DNA of 64,000 nucleotides. Source: Geosiphon pyriformis uo1 (taxonomy: Eukaryota > Fungi > Glomeromycota). The notes beneath the pieces are model-generated. The model was not told where the DNA came from, ran no database searches, and worked only from the letters and a program-made list of their open reading frames with translations. Numbering within the stretch: position 1 is the stretch's first letter; each line of letters opens with the position of its first letter. Location: assembly GCA_016748015.1 (NCBI GenBank), contig JAAOMT010000289.1, positions 631,639 to 695,638 of the forward strand. The letters are read 5' to 3'. The position numbers were made by a program, and so were the translations under genes. Below, in pieces: positions 40,004 through 53,179 of this stretch.

Positions 40004-40857
40004 TGTTACTCATAGAAATATAGGAAATATATTAGCATAATTATTAGCCAATCAGAAGTAAGCATAGTAAATGTGGAATTCCAGAATTCCCTGATGAAGA
40101 ATTGCAGAATTCCAGAATTCCAGGATTTCTCTCAAAGAAATCGCAGGATTCCAGGAATTCCAGGATTCTTGTCATAAAGAATTGAGGAATTGAAGAATCT
40201 CAATTATGTATATATAGCAGTAGTATTAGAAACAGAAAAGACAGAATCGATACCACAGAATCCTTAGCCAAGAAACCAATTATCAAATAAATAATTATTC
40301 CATATCTCAATCCACTCTCCACTATCAACACTTCATGTTGATAGTAATTAATACTTAACCATGCTGGAACAATAGCTCTTGATCACGGTTATTGACGAGA
40401 TATTAACGTACTGAATTGTCTTGGCTTATTTTTTTATTTTTTTTAATTTTATTTTCTTTCTTTTTTATTTTATTTTTTTGATTTTTGTTGTTGTATACTA
40501 ATTGAGTAAAAAAATTAAGCACTGAGTTATTGACGTCAAGGATAGCCTGGTAAAAGACCCAGAAATAAGGGTAGAATTATATATATTAACAGATAGCTTA
40601 CCAGAAGGGCATGACTGCTAAAATAAATCTGGCTGCCAAGCTGAGAAAGAAATTGGGCATAATTGTGACTCTAGAAAAACTACTACCATAACCACTGAAT
40701 CTCTGTCTATTATACAAAAAACTTCACAACAAAACCTTCAGATCAACCAAAACTTTCAGATACTATACCTTCTGCACATCATCCACGAAAGTAGCTTTTG
40801 AGCACCAAGTTACGGGTTTGTTATTTAATACAACAACAGAAATAATCACCTGTAACA
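40004..40857 (+). repeat. 5' LTR (854 bp)
   Basis: Direct repeat of 49270-50152. Confidence 0.95.
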
Positions 40858-40859
40858 TT

Positions 40860-40876
40860 TGGTGCTCTCTGTGAGG
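40860..40876 (+). promoter_or_regulatory. Primer binding site TGGTGCTCTCTGTGAGG
   Basis: Starts with TGG 2 nt after the LTR and is complementary to a tRNA 3' end (CCUCACAGAGAGCACCA). tRNA identity not established; it resembles elongator Met. Confidence 0.75.
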
Positions 40877-40919
40877 TATAATCCTACAGAGAACCAGCAC
40901 CGACAACACCAAACCAAAA

Positions 40920-43900
40920 GTGGCAGAATCAGAAATTATAGGAGCAAACCATTTAGGATTCGCAAAATCCTTATTTCAACATTATTGTTAATACTTGGAA
41001 TTAAACCACAATCATATATCCATCAAATCAGCCTTCAATTTTTACGTCAACGAAAAGATTTCCTCTTTATTAAGAACACCAGTAAATACTGAATCAGCAA
41101 GAGAAACTTTCTATAAAGAATTAATTTAAAACACCAACCTACCAACAAATCATAATTTTGCATCTATCATCACTGAGATCAACAAAGAAATTGAACACCA
41201 CACTCAACAAAGATATCCAATTACATACACTAGTAAAGGCAAGGGAAAATTACAAACACCAGCAGTAACACCTCGAAAAATACAGCCACCTGCTTGGAAG
41301 AAAAACAGAGTTGAATCCCCAAGTAACCCATCATACCACTATACACCTGGAAGTGCCATCAACATATCATCAACCGACATGTTTCCATCAACTGTGACAT
41401 CACCATTTGGACAATTCTCATTTCAAAGTAGACAAAGAAAAACAGAATTGTTAGGACCATATGGCGAATACTTTGAGGGATTTAATTCGCGATCATCAAC
41501 CTCATCAGGACTTTGATCACTACTGTCTCCACCAGATTTCGGAATCTCTGATCCATGGGAAGCAGCAGAATCAGAAAAGGAGGAAGAAGAATTACAAGAT
41601 CAAGAATTCACTTACCAGCACCCAATTACTAAAAACCCAGAAGTTGAAACCCTGAACATTCAAACTTGGCAACAGTTAGAAAATCCGGAAAATGAAAATC
41701 TGAATATTCAAATGCCACCAAATCAAAGAAATCAAAACCCTGAATTAATTAATCAGCAAAACTTACCTCCAGTAATCGTTATCGATCAACTGCCGATTAA
41801 TCCCATAGCCGAACCCATACAACAGCCACTTCAGCTACCACCCCAACAGCCAGGACAACAACAACTGCTTCAACAGCCACCACAACCACCTAACTTAGAT
41901 CCAATAATCTATGCACCAATCACAAAACTTGACAACTTTATGGGCAAAGAGAATGATACTCAAATATGGCTGAATAATGTAGAAAAGACCATCGCAGCCA
42001 ACGGATGGAATGATGCTTGAGCAATGCAAGCCATTCCCTACTTTCTCAAAGATACTGCCGATTCATGGTACCAAAGCTTGATTAATAAACCACAAGATTT
42101 TAATGCTTTCAAAGTGGAATTCCTAAAATACTTCAGTAACAATAACAGCATCAATCGCCTAGTCAATGCATTCACCACTATGAAACAAGGAGAAACTGAA
42201 GCAGTCACCACCTACCTGGGACACTTCCATCGAAACCTACGCCAAATTTAAGCAATTGACACCAACTATTTCACAGCACCACAGATACTCAATCAGTTTA
42301 TCCATGGCCTGTGCAGCAGCATCTTGCAACATGTACGTCCATTGCATCCAGACACTCTTCAAGATGCAGTCACATGCACCAGAGATTTTGAATCTGCTGA
42401 GTCAGAGGCTAACCATGCCCAAGCCGTTAATCTAGTAATGAACGGATCATCTGAATTGGATTCCAAATTGGAAAAGTTTAGTGAATCAATCAATAAGAGA
42501 TTGGAAGGATACTTAGCTGACAATCACACTATTTATTAGCCTCCACAATGATGCAATAATCAAGGAAACTCTAATCATGCCCAAAATCAACCATGTCTAT
42601 CTTCATCAACCAATCAACAGTGGCAACAGAAAATGCGTATCTGCCACTATTGTGGTAAACAAGAACATATCCAAATTGACTGTCGCCAGTGTTTAAATAA
42701 CCAACGATCAGGAAATCCATATCGAAACCCCAATCACCGGTTCCAAACTCCAAATCAGTACCCAAATCAAAACCCACCTGCTTATCTACCAGTGATGTAG
42801 TCATCAGTCTATTAGTCTCCAGTATATCAACCTCCAATTTATCAGCCGCAGCCACAAGTAATATATTAACTGCAGCCACAAATAATCTATCAACTCCAAC
42901 AAATCCAAACACTGCCCCAAAGCTTACCACCCAATAGAACCCAAAGACCGAGAATAACTCAACAGAGCTGGAGATTGGCAATGGTAGTCCATCAACTGAT
43001 TCCCAGTTTTTTACAGCAACCATCTGGATTACACCAGCGGAATTCGGGTACTGGTCAACCTCAAAACCCAAATTTCCAGAACTATTTAAGTCTCCTGGTC
43101 ATCCCAGAAGACGCTTCAACCAATAATCCAGCATTTACCCAAAAACAACCACTTACCAGTAATATCTCACCTGCTACCATCACTGAAGATGAGTCATTGG
43201 CCACTATCTTCCCATTCAAATTTAAGGAAACAGCTGCAACACTATTATTTAGTAGAGCCGCTCTTGAAACCAAACCAATCACTACAATGTACACTGATGC
43301 CAAAGTCAAAGGACAATCCATCAAATTGATCCTGAACAGCGGTTCCGCAGGCAGCATAATTACAAGACAACTCATGGATCAATTAGGTTGCTAAGTTGAT
43401 TGAGCTGCCAGTGCCAAAATTATCACAGCTAATGGAGTGACCAAAACTTCAATCAGTGAAATCAATGACTTTCCTTTTGAAGTCAATGGCATCATGACTC
43501 CCATTAAAGTTCTAGTAATGGAAGCCACTCAATACCAAGCTCTCGTTGGTAATGACTGGCTATCCAAAGTTAATGCAACGTTAGACTGAAACACCCAGGA
43601 ACTCCAGCTAACGTATCAGGGCCAACACATACGTGTTCTGGCCACATGTGGCCACTTCAAAACTCCTCCAAGAGAGAAACTATTGATTGAACTGGAGGAG
43701 GAGAAAAAAAAGCCTACCTGGGAAGCCTACCAAGTGTCATAGGCGGACGAAGAGCACAATGAACTACTGCCAATACTCTTCTGGAACGACAGCAACAAGG
43801 GAAAAGGGAAACAAAAAGAAGAACTTACCTGGGAAACTGATGACTTGACATGGACTGACAATGACGAGAGCAAACCGATTTCAAGCTGGGAATGGAAAGA

Positions 43901-46900
43901 GGACAAAGAAAATAAAGAAAAAGGGAAAGAAAAAAAGACCACCCAAACCACTACCGTTTATAACACCTACACTATACCACAACAATCTACTTATCATCAA
44001 CCTAAGCTTATATGCGTCAATTGTGGTAAGAAATTGTCATCAATGGGTGCATGCTGTAAGGACGATGAGAAATATTCAATAGCAACTAGGTTCTATTGCT
44101 GTCCATACATCTTTGAACGCTTTGGAAGACCAAAACAAGTAGGGAAATGGGACAATTAGCCATGTTTAGCTTGTGGAGAGACTCTCTTGGACAAAGGAAT
44201 GTGGCATGACATTCCTGAATGTGGAGGAACGTGTGATGTAGAGTGTCAATACATAATTCTGATTAGCAACTGGGTTAAAAAAGAGACACCAATTGAAGCC
44301 ACTTGGCAAAGAGCAGTGTGACAATTAGACAGTTGTCCACATGACAACAACAAAATTTGGAGAATGGCAACCACCAAAATTGAAGGCGTGTCACCAGAAG
44401 AAATCTGGACAATTAAAAACAACCCACCAGAACCCATTGAGCTTGACTGAGATGCAGAGCCAGTTATAAATTTTCTAGAACTAGAAGAGTTCCATGAACA
44501 CTACCAAAACTTGGCACTCACTAAAGAAGAGCAAGAACAATGGCTAGCACAGTTAAATACAAAACTGTGTCGCCATTGTTTAATTCCCAGTGACTTTGAA
44601 TATTGTGACAATTGTGACCTCATTTACAATCTACCACCACATATGATCTACTCGATTTCTGAAGAAAAAAAACCAATCAGCAGCTGTGCATTGGAATCAG
44701 AATCACTGATCAATTGCAATTCAGACTCTGACAATGACGACGAAAACACTGGTTCCAGCTCTGTTCAAAATGGCAATGATGATGAAAACAATTTAGACTC
44801 AGATTCAAAACCCGATTTAAACTATGAACAATACATTATACTACCAGATCTCTCCAAGGAACAAGAGTTGAAATGGTATAGTGACAATAAGGAAGATATT
44901 ATGCCAGAACGTGCGCATGATACGGATGCAGGGTTTGATCTGAGATATCCAGGAAAAAATGCCATCAAATTGGAACTGCATTCACGCACCTGCATTGATC
45001 TGAAAATAGCACTAGAGATTCTGGCAACAACAATGGTTCAATTAGCATCTAGGAGTAGTTTAGCGAAAAGAGGGATCAATATAAGAGGAAGAATAATTGA
45101 TGTGGGATATGTAAGAAATATCATTACCATGCTACAAAATGACTCAGAAAAGGCCTATATAATAGAGCCCAATGAAAAGATAGCACAGACAATATTCCTG
45201 CCTCCGATTAGAGTAGCTCAGTTAGTGTCAGTAAGAAAGAGGAAGAAATTAGGAATAACAGCGAGAGGAATACAAGGATTTGAATCAACGGGTAGAACAG
45301 ATGTACCAGTTAATATGGCGGAGGAAAAAATTGTTGGCCAAGGAGAAATTATCTCAACCAGTCAAGCTATTTCCATTTCACCATATAGCCAGTACATGTT
45401 AACAATAGAAAGGAAGGAAAAGGAGCAAGAACAGATTTTTGAAGTGGAAGCAACTTTTTGTGAATCAGGAGAGATTGGGTTGATCAATCTTCACATACCA
45501 GCCAAAAGCTATAGCAACATAAAAATTCTCATCTACAATAACACTGGCAATGTTATCAACATACCAGAAGGAACCACTATTAGATGTTTGACCACAGAAA
45601 TAGAAAACCAACCACCAAACCCCATTCCAGACTTTCCACAACTTTGTGGATATGTTGACATCACATCACAAACAATCTATGGATGAGATGAATGTTATTT
45701 GCTCCAACCAGAACAATTGGAACAAATGAACATGGGAAACTTAGATCCACTCCAATGTATGCAGCTCAAGATGTTACTCAACAATTTCAACAACATCTTT
45801 GCCAGCAAAAATGAGTTTGGCCAAACTAACATCATCCAGCATCAGATCAAGACTGGAGATACAATGCCAATTAAACAAAGAGCATACAGAGTGCCGCCAG
45901 CCAGCCATGAGATTATTTGTCAAGAAATAAACAGAATGCTTGACAACAGGCTAATTCAACCATCAATGAGTTCATGGTTGTCACCAGTGGTACTCGTCTG
46001 TAAGAAAAATGGAAAAATCCAGTTTTGTGTAGACTACAAGAAACTCAATGGTGTAACTCGTGGAGACAGTTATTTAACTCCATGAATACAGGAATTATTC
46101 GATGCTTTCAGTGGAAACAAATGGTTCTTCACATTAGATTTAAACAGTGGTTACTGGCAAGTAGCCATGAATCCAGCTGACAAAGAGAAGATGGCATTTA
46201 CTATTAGAGAAGAGAATTTCGAATTTGAAGTAATGCCATTCGGCTTAACCAATGCCCCAGCAACTTTTCAATGACTAATGGAAATCATTTATACTGGCTT
46301 ATTGTGGAAATCAGTAATTGTATACCTGGACAACACCAATGTATTCTCAAAGACGTTTGATGATTATCTTCATCATCTTCAACAAGTGTTCAAAAGACTA
46401 AGAAGAGCAGGACTAAAGTTAAATGCAATAAAGTGCTTCTTTGGCAAGACAGAACTCAAATTCTTGGGACACATAGTCAGCAAAGATGGCATCAAAACAG
46501 ATCCAGAGAAAATAGAGATAGTAAAGAACTTTCTAGTGCTGACCAATATAACAGAACTGAAATCATTCTTGGGATTTGCCAGCTACTATCGTCATTTTAT
46601 CAAAAACTTTTCCAAGATAGCGCAGCCACTCAATCAACTGCAAAACAAAAATGCGAAATATGAATGAACAGAAAGTCAACAAAAAGCTTTTGATATTCTG
46701 AGGAAAAAGCTCATCCAAACTCCAGTACTGATCTATCCAGATTACAGCAAACCATTCATTATTACCACTGATGCATCTGGCCAAGCATTGGGAGCCGTAT
46801 TATTTCAGAGAGGACCGGATGGCAGAGAACATCCAGTAGCATATACCAGCAGAGGTTTAACACCAGCTGAAAAGAACTATGGAACACCGGAACAAGAACA

Positions 46901-49256
46901 CTTAGCAATATACTGGGCCGTCATGAAATAGAAAAAATACTTAAACCAGAAGTTTGAAGTATACACAAATCACAAGAGATTAACCTCACTTTAAAAACAA
47001 GAATTTGGAGATGGAAGACAGTCAAAATAGAAAATGGCACTCACACCATACAATTATACTATACATTACAAAAAGGGAAAAGACAATGGAAATGCTGACA
47101 GTTTATCGCAAATAAGACAAATCTAAGAACATTTCAACCCAAAAATATAATAAAACCAGAACAATACCAATGGAAAAATACAATAAAAGATGAACATACA
47201 AAAATATCAACAATTGCAACATTATCTAAACACTCAACAGTTTAAAGAGAATTTATCTCATATGGAATGAAAGAGTATCAAACAACAATCAAAATATTTT
47301 ATCACTCATCAAAATATACTTTATCGGAAAAATAGAAAGGATCCAGATCAACCAACCAGAGTAATTACAGAGCCAGAAAAAGAGACAATATTATTCAACA
47401 TGTACTCAAACCCAACAGCAGGACATTTTCACAAAGAAGCAACCATAGAAAGAACTAGAAAAAGATACTATTGGCCATCAATGTACCCAGACATTATTCA
47501 ATATGTTCAAAATTGTGATGCTTGTCAGCGAAGAGGAGGAACAAGATCCAGTGAACCATTAAGACCAATCAAAGTGGGACAACCATTTGACTATATGAAA
47601 ATTGATTTAGTCGGACCATTAACAATCACCAGCAGAAGAAACAAATACATAGCAGTAGCTATGGACTATCTTACTAAATGGCCAGAGGCGAAAGCAATTC
47701 AAAGAGCGGATGCAGAATCCATTGCCGAATTTGTTCATCAAGATTTGATTTGTCGACATGGATGTCCAAAAGAATTATTATCAGACCAAGGAACTCATTT
47801 TGTGAACAGAACATTAACAGAATTGAGCCAAAGATTCGGAATTAAGAGACTATTATCATCATTATACCATCCACAAACCAATGGATTAGTAGAAAGATTC
47901 AACAAAACATTATGTGAAGCAATAGCCAAGCTTAGCCAAGAAAACCAGAACAATTGGGATTTGTTCATACTATCAGTACTATTTGCTTATTGGACAACAA
48001 AACAGGATACTACACAAGCAACACCATTTGAATTAGTATATGGAAGAATAGCAATGTTACCAGTAGAGAGAGAAATTAATACATATCCAGCTGAACCAAT
48101 AACAGAGGAAAATTTTCAAGAAACATTGCTAAGAAGAACATATGACTTAATGAAAACATTGGAAAACAAACAAAGAAAAGCAGCTGATAATATCCAAAAG
48201 TTATAAGAAACACAGAAAAAAAGACATGATAGTCAACTATCAGACAAACCAGTTGAATTCAAGATCGGAGACAAAGTATTACTACATTGTACCAAAGCGG
48301 AAAAACAATAGAGTGGAAAATTTGATCCCAAATGGGACGGACCATTTTACATAAAAGAAATTCTAGGAAATGGAGCTTACAAATTAAGATTGGATAACAA
48401 AATTTTAACCAAAGCAGTACATGGAGATCGACTGAAACCATATCACAACATCATACTACCATCTACCAGTAATATTCCACAATTAGGAGTACAGAGAATA
48501 TTAGTCCAACCAGAGGAGATTCCACGAGATCTGGAATCAATCATTATTATCGACAACAACACATTAAATTGATCCATTAAAAGAATATATAAAGACATGG
48601 TAGACGTGACAGGAAATATCAGAAAAATGAAAATTACAAACAATATTCACTCACTAGCATAACAACTCTTTCAATTAATCCAACACCAGAAAATGGAGAT
48701 TACAGTCAATCAACAAACTATTTAATATCAAGATACTAGAAAAACATTTCAACTCAGAACACAGAAGAAAACTGAAAATACTGTGGACAAAATCATAGTG
48801 AAAGTAAAATTAGCAATAAAAGAATCGACAAAAGAGTTACTATATCAAGAGTTGACTAAAGAAACTTGGAATTGGTGGATACAACAATTTTCACGAAACT
48901 ATTGTTATTTTTACTTGGGACAACACGTAAATATCCAGAATCTATATACAGATAAAACAAAGTGATTATTCGACAAAAGAATACTACAACAATTAGAACA
49001 TTTTGTGGGAAAGAACAACTTATTCACACAAACCCAAGCCATATACCGAATACACACAGCATTTCAGGATAAACCAGAAATATTGCTCAACAGAGCAATG
49101 GATATGGTTACCAGTAATCAATTGAGAAAAATCATCAATGCTCAATTTGAAGAATTACAGACCCAAATAACACAAGTAATTCTTGAAAACAAAATCCAAA
49201 AAATACTTCAAGAAAGGGAATTACATGAGTTAGATTTTGACGGAGCTCAATATTAA
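40920..49256 (+). pseudogene. Gypsy gag-pol polyprotein: gag/CCHC, aspartic protease, Cys-rich module, dUTPase, RT, RNase H, integrase, unknown C-terminal extension
   Basis: All ORF fragments (41712, 42024, 42324, 42975, 43845, 44511, 45699, 46278, 47400, 48390, 48783, 49005) are in one frame. Motifs: CHYCGKQEHIQIDC; LILNSGS; DAGFDL/ASRSS/IIDVGY/GFESTG; MPFGL/YLDN; TDAS; CDAC/IDLVGP/SDQG/NGLVER; WDGPF. Confidence 0.93.
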
Positions 49257-49266
49257 AAGGAGAGAA
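49255..49266 (+). promoter_or_regulatory. Polypurine tract
   Basis: AAAAGGAGAGAA just before the 3' LTR. Confidence 0.8.
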
Positions 49267-49269
49267 TAA

Positions 49270-50152
49270 TGTTACTTATAGAAATATAGGAAATATATTA
49301 GCATAATTATTAGCCAATCAGAAATAAGCATAGTAAATGTGGAATTCCAGGATTCCTCTCAGGAATTACAGGATTCCAAGAATTTCAGGATTCCTCAACA
49401 AGGAATTACAGGATTCCAGAATTCCAAGATTCCTCTCAAAGGAATCGCAGGATTCCAGGATTCCTGTCATAAAGAATTGAGGAATTGAGAAATCCCAATT
49501 ATGTATATATAGTAATAATGTTAGAAACAGAAAAGACAGAATCGATACCACAGAATCTTTAACCAAAAAACCAATCATCAAATAAATAATTATTCCATAT
49601 CTCAATCCACTTTTTATTATCAACACTTCATGTTGATAGTAATTGATACTTAATCACACTGGAACAATAGTTCTTGATTATGGCTATTGACGAGATATTA
49701 ATGTACCAAATTGCCTTGGCTTATTTCTTTATTTTCTTTAATTTTATTTTCTTTCTTTTTTATTTTGTTTCTTTGATTTTTGTTGTTGTATACTAATTGA
49801 GTAAAAAGATTAAGCACTGAGTTATTGACGTCAAGGATAGCCTGGTAAAAGACCCAGAAATAAGAGTAGAATTATATATATTAACAGATAGCTTACCAGA
49901 AGGGCACGACTGCCAGAATAAATCCGGCTGCTAAGCTGAGAAAGAAATTGGGCATAATTGCGACTCCAAAAAAACTACTACCATAACCACTGAATCTCTG
50001 TCCATTATACAAAGAACTCCACAACAAAACCTTCAGATTAACCAAAACCTTCAGATACCATACCTTCCGCATATTATCCACGAAAGTAGCTTTTGAGCAC
50101 CAAGTTATGGGTTTGTTATTCAATACAACAACAGAAATAATCACCTGTAACA
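49270..50152 (+). repeat. 3' LTR (883 bp)
   Basis: Direct repeat of 40004-40857 with a longer internal GGAATTCCAG repeat tract. Confidence 0.95.
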
Positions 50153-51239
50153 CTACTTTTCTTTGTAACTTATTCTAGACTTTGGTTGGATTGCACTCGT
50201 TAATAAATAAAAAATAAAAAAAAATAAACATTAATTAATTATCTGTTTTAAGCAATAACAATAAAAAAACATTGGCCAAATTTATGTTAAATTATTATTT
50301 AATTTTGTTTTTTAATATATTAAATTTTAAAAATTAAATTAATTAGATAGAAAATAAAGTTTTTTTGTTTTTTAAAAATACTGTTTTTAGTAATATTTAA
50401 TAAGTAATTTTTATTTTAATATCTAATAAAACTTTAAAGATTAAATTATTTTATATTAAAACTATTATTACTAAAATTTTAATTATTTTTTAAAATATTA
50501 TTAATACTAAATTATTGTTAATTTTATTATTAATAAAAATTATTAAATCTTTAATAATTTATTTATTGTCAAATTATTTTTTATACTCTAAATTATTTCT
50601 ATTGTTAAACTTATAATAAAATAAATAATTTTATACTAATTATTTTATGTAATTACTTCACAATAAAAGTTAAATTTTTTATAAAAAAATTTAATTATAA
50701 GTTTTTTTAATATTATGTAATTATTTTGCTATAAAAATCAAAATTTTTACAAAAAATCTTAATTATAAACTTCTTAATAATATAAAAAAATAACTAAAAT
50801 ATTTATTAAAATTGATAACTAATTATTTTTAAAATATTAATTAAAATTATAAATATTTTAAAATAGTTAATTACCAAAAAAATTGGTTTTTTAGAATAAA
50901 ATATTTATATTATTAAATAATTAATTCAAAATTTAATTTTAATTTAATATATTTATTTAAAGAAAAATATATTTTTGGTAATATTATTTCGAGTTTTTAA
51001 TAATTTTTTTGTTAATATTTAAATAAACCAAATATATATTTTAATTAGTTATAATAAATTTATTTAAGAAATTTTTTTATAATTATTAATGTTTAAAATT
51101 TACAAATTCTAAAAAATTGATTTTTATTGCAATATAATTATACACTATTAAAAAATTTATAATCAAAAATTTTATAAAAAAATTAACTTTTATTATAAAA
51201 TAATTACACAAAAAAATTAACATAAAATTGGTTATTTTA

Positions 51240-53040
51240 TAAATTTATTATTATTATACCAAACTTTTTTGTAGTTTCAAATGAGATCTTAGATCAAATC
51301 TTTATTATATTATCTAATATGTTGTCTAAAATAAATTAAAATTAATTATTAATTATATTACCAAATATAATATCTTTTAACAAATTTTTGTTAATTTTAA
51401 AAACAAAATAAAAGTATTTTATTGAATTATTTGTTTTTAAGAACTAGACCAATTAAATAAAAACTAAATATTTTTTTCTGGTCTTTAGTGCTGCCACTAA
51501 TAAGTCAAAGATTTACTGAATAAGTGACTTTTATTTTGGTGTTTAGTGTTATTTTTAAGATTAAATTAGCTTATATTAAGACTGTTTTTTAGTCTATACA
51601 TAATTTTTTGAATATAAAGCCAGTTGTTAAAGACAATATAAAACTTTTTTGTATAAATTTTTCTTTTTAACAGTTTTTAAAAGCTTTGTTTGTTTGATTA
51701 TTTTTAAGATTGCTAAATTTTTGGTGGTTTTTAAGTCTGGTTTTTTTTTTGTTATTGTTATATTATATAATATGCCTTTAAATATGTTTGTTATTAATGT
51801 TAAAATAGTGCTTGGTATGTTTAAAAAAGTCATTTATATTGTGTTAAAGCCTGCTGATATTTAGTAATATATAGTAATTTATTTTAAAAATTTGAATGTT
51901 GTTATATTTGCTTTAAATTATTAGTTAGTTGTATTGAATAAAAATAGTATTAGAATTTTTTTTGGTTAATTAAAATAAAATTATTCTGTTTTATAATAAG
52001 TTTAAAACCAAGTTAATTAATTTTTCTTTTGGTTGTATTGTTTTTGAAATCAGTGATATGATTTTTTAAATTGGTAGTCAAACTTGTTTTATTTTTTACT
52101 TATTTGATTTTGGTTATTATTTTCGGTTTGTTCTAATTATGTTTGGCTTATAAAGTGATTTAAATTCTGTTATTATTAAAACTAATATTTTAAGAAAGTA
52201 TTATATTTAGTAGAAAATTTTCAAATATTAATATTATTTTAAATGATAAGATTTGGATCATTTGGCTGTTAATTATAAAATGTTTTTATCTTTTTTTTTT
52301 AAGATTTCTAAGGCTTTTGTGTCTTATTTTATTGATATTAAATTTTATATCAAGATTGCTGTTTCTGTATCTCTTTTAGTTTTTAATTTTCTGGTTGGTT
52401 TGGCTTTTTTTACTAATATAATAGTTAATAACTTTATGATTTTTTTTTAATTAGTCTTTTTGGAATTTGATTTGGCCAAGTTTTTTGCATTGATTAAATC
52501 TATTGTTAAGCCAGTTAGTTTTTTGATTGCTGTGTTTAAACAATTTATTAATGAGAATTTGGGTTTAAATAGTGTATTTGGTTTTAAGATTAATAAAATT
52601 TTGGTACATATAAGTATTTTTAACAAAGCAATTGTTAAATTAAAATAAAAAATGGTTGCTTTAAAAACTGAGTATAACTATGAGAATATTAATATGTTTT
52701 GTTTTTATATAAGTTTGTTTATAGTTAATAATAATATGTTTTTTAATTTAATGTTATTATGAGAATATAAACTTATTAATATTAAAACTGATGCTTTAAA
52801 AATAGGTAAATAGCTGGTTAAATTGGTTAGTAATAGTATTATATTGTTTAAATTATTTAAAAAATGTTTTTTTTGAATAAATTTTTTTTAGAATATTTAA
52901 TATAATATAGTTTAAACTGGTTTGAGTAATTAATTATATGTAAAAAATGTATAAATTGTATTTAGCTTTGGAATACTTAGTTTGTTTTTAATTTTTAGAT
53001 GACAATTGAACTGTATTTATTAAATACATAATAAAAAATA
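51240..53040 (+). mobile_element. Second, AT-eroded copy of the ORF1-only element
   Basis: ORFs 51649, 52253 and 52460 align to the 30.3-32.6 kb protein (KIAKFLVV, DHLAVNYK, DLAKFFALIKSIVKPV). The same 3' tail follows at ~52900-53040. Confidence 0.85.
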
Positions 53041-53179
53041 TATATAAAAATATAAAAATATAAAAAAATACTTTAAAAATAAATTAACTTATTAAAAATT
53101 TAACAGTTTTTATTAAAAACAGAATAAATAATAAAACAAAAATAATATTTAAAAATTTTAATAATATTGTTGTTTTTTA

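Larger units (their letters stand above)
40004..50152 (+). mobile_element. Full-length Ty3/Gypsy LTR retrotransposon with dUTPase
   Basis: Two direct LTRs with TGTTA...TAACA, perfect TSD CTAC (40000-40003 and 50153-50156), PBS, PPT, and domain order gag-PR-RT-RH-IN. Confidence 0.97.
33240..50228 (+). mobile_element. LINE copy D, full length and least eroded; its 3' UTR is split by the Gypsy insertion
   Basis: ORF1 and ORF2 are listed below. The 3' UTR runs 39936-40003 and resumes at 50153 (…ttggattgcactcgttaa plus A-rich tail). Confidence 0.92.

Noticed and set aside
40070-40200. Repeat array as a CRISPR-like locus
   Set aside because: No unique spacers and no cas genes. It is internal to LTRs and duplicated with them.
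40611-40919. Gag reading frame starting inside the 5' LTR
   Set aside because: The in-frame ATG at 40611 is ACG in the 3' LTR, and a TAA is shared by both LTRs. Support is insufficient without a consensus.
48597-49256. env gene (endogenous retrovirus)
   Set aside because: No signal peptide, furin site or transmembrane helix is evident, and it is in frame with integrase.
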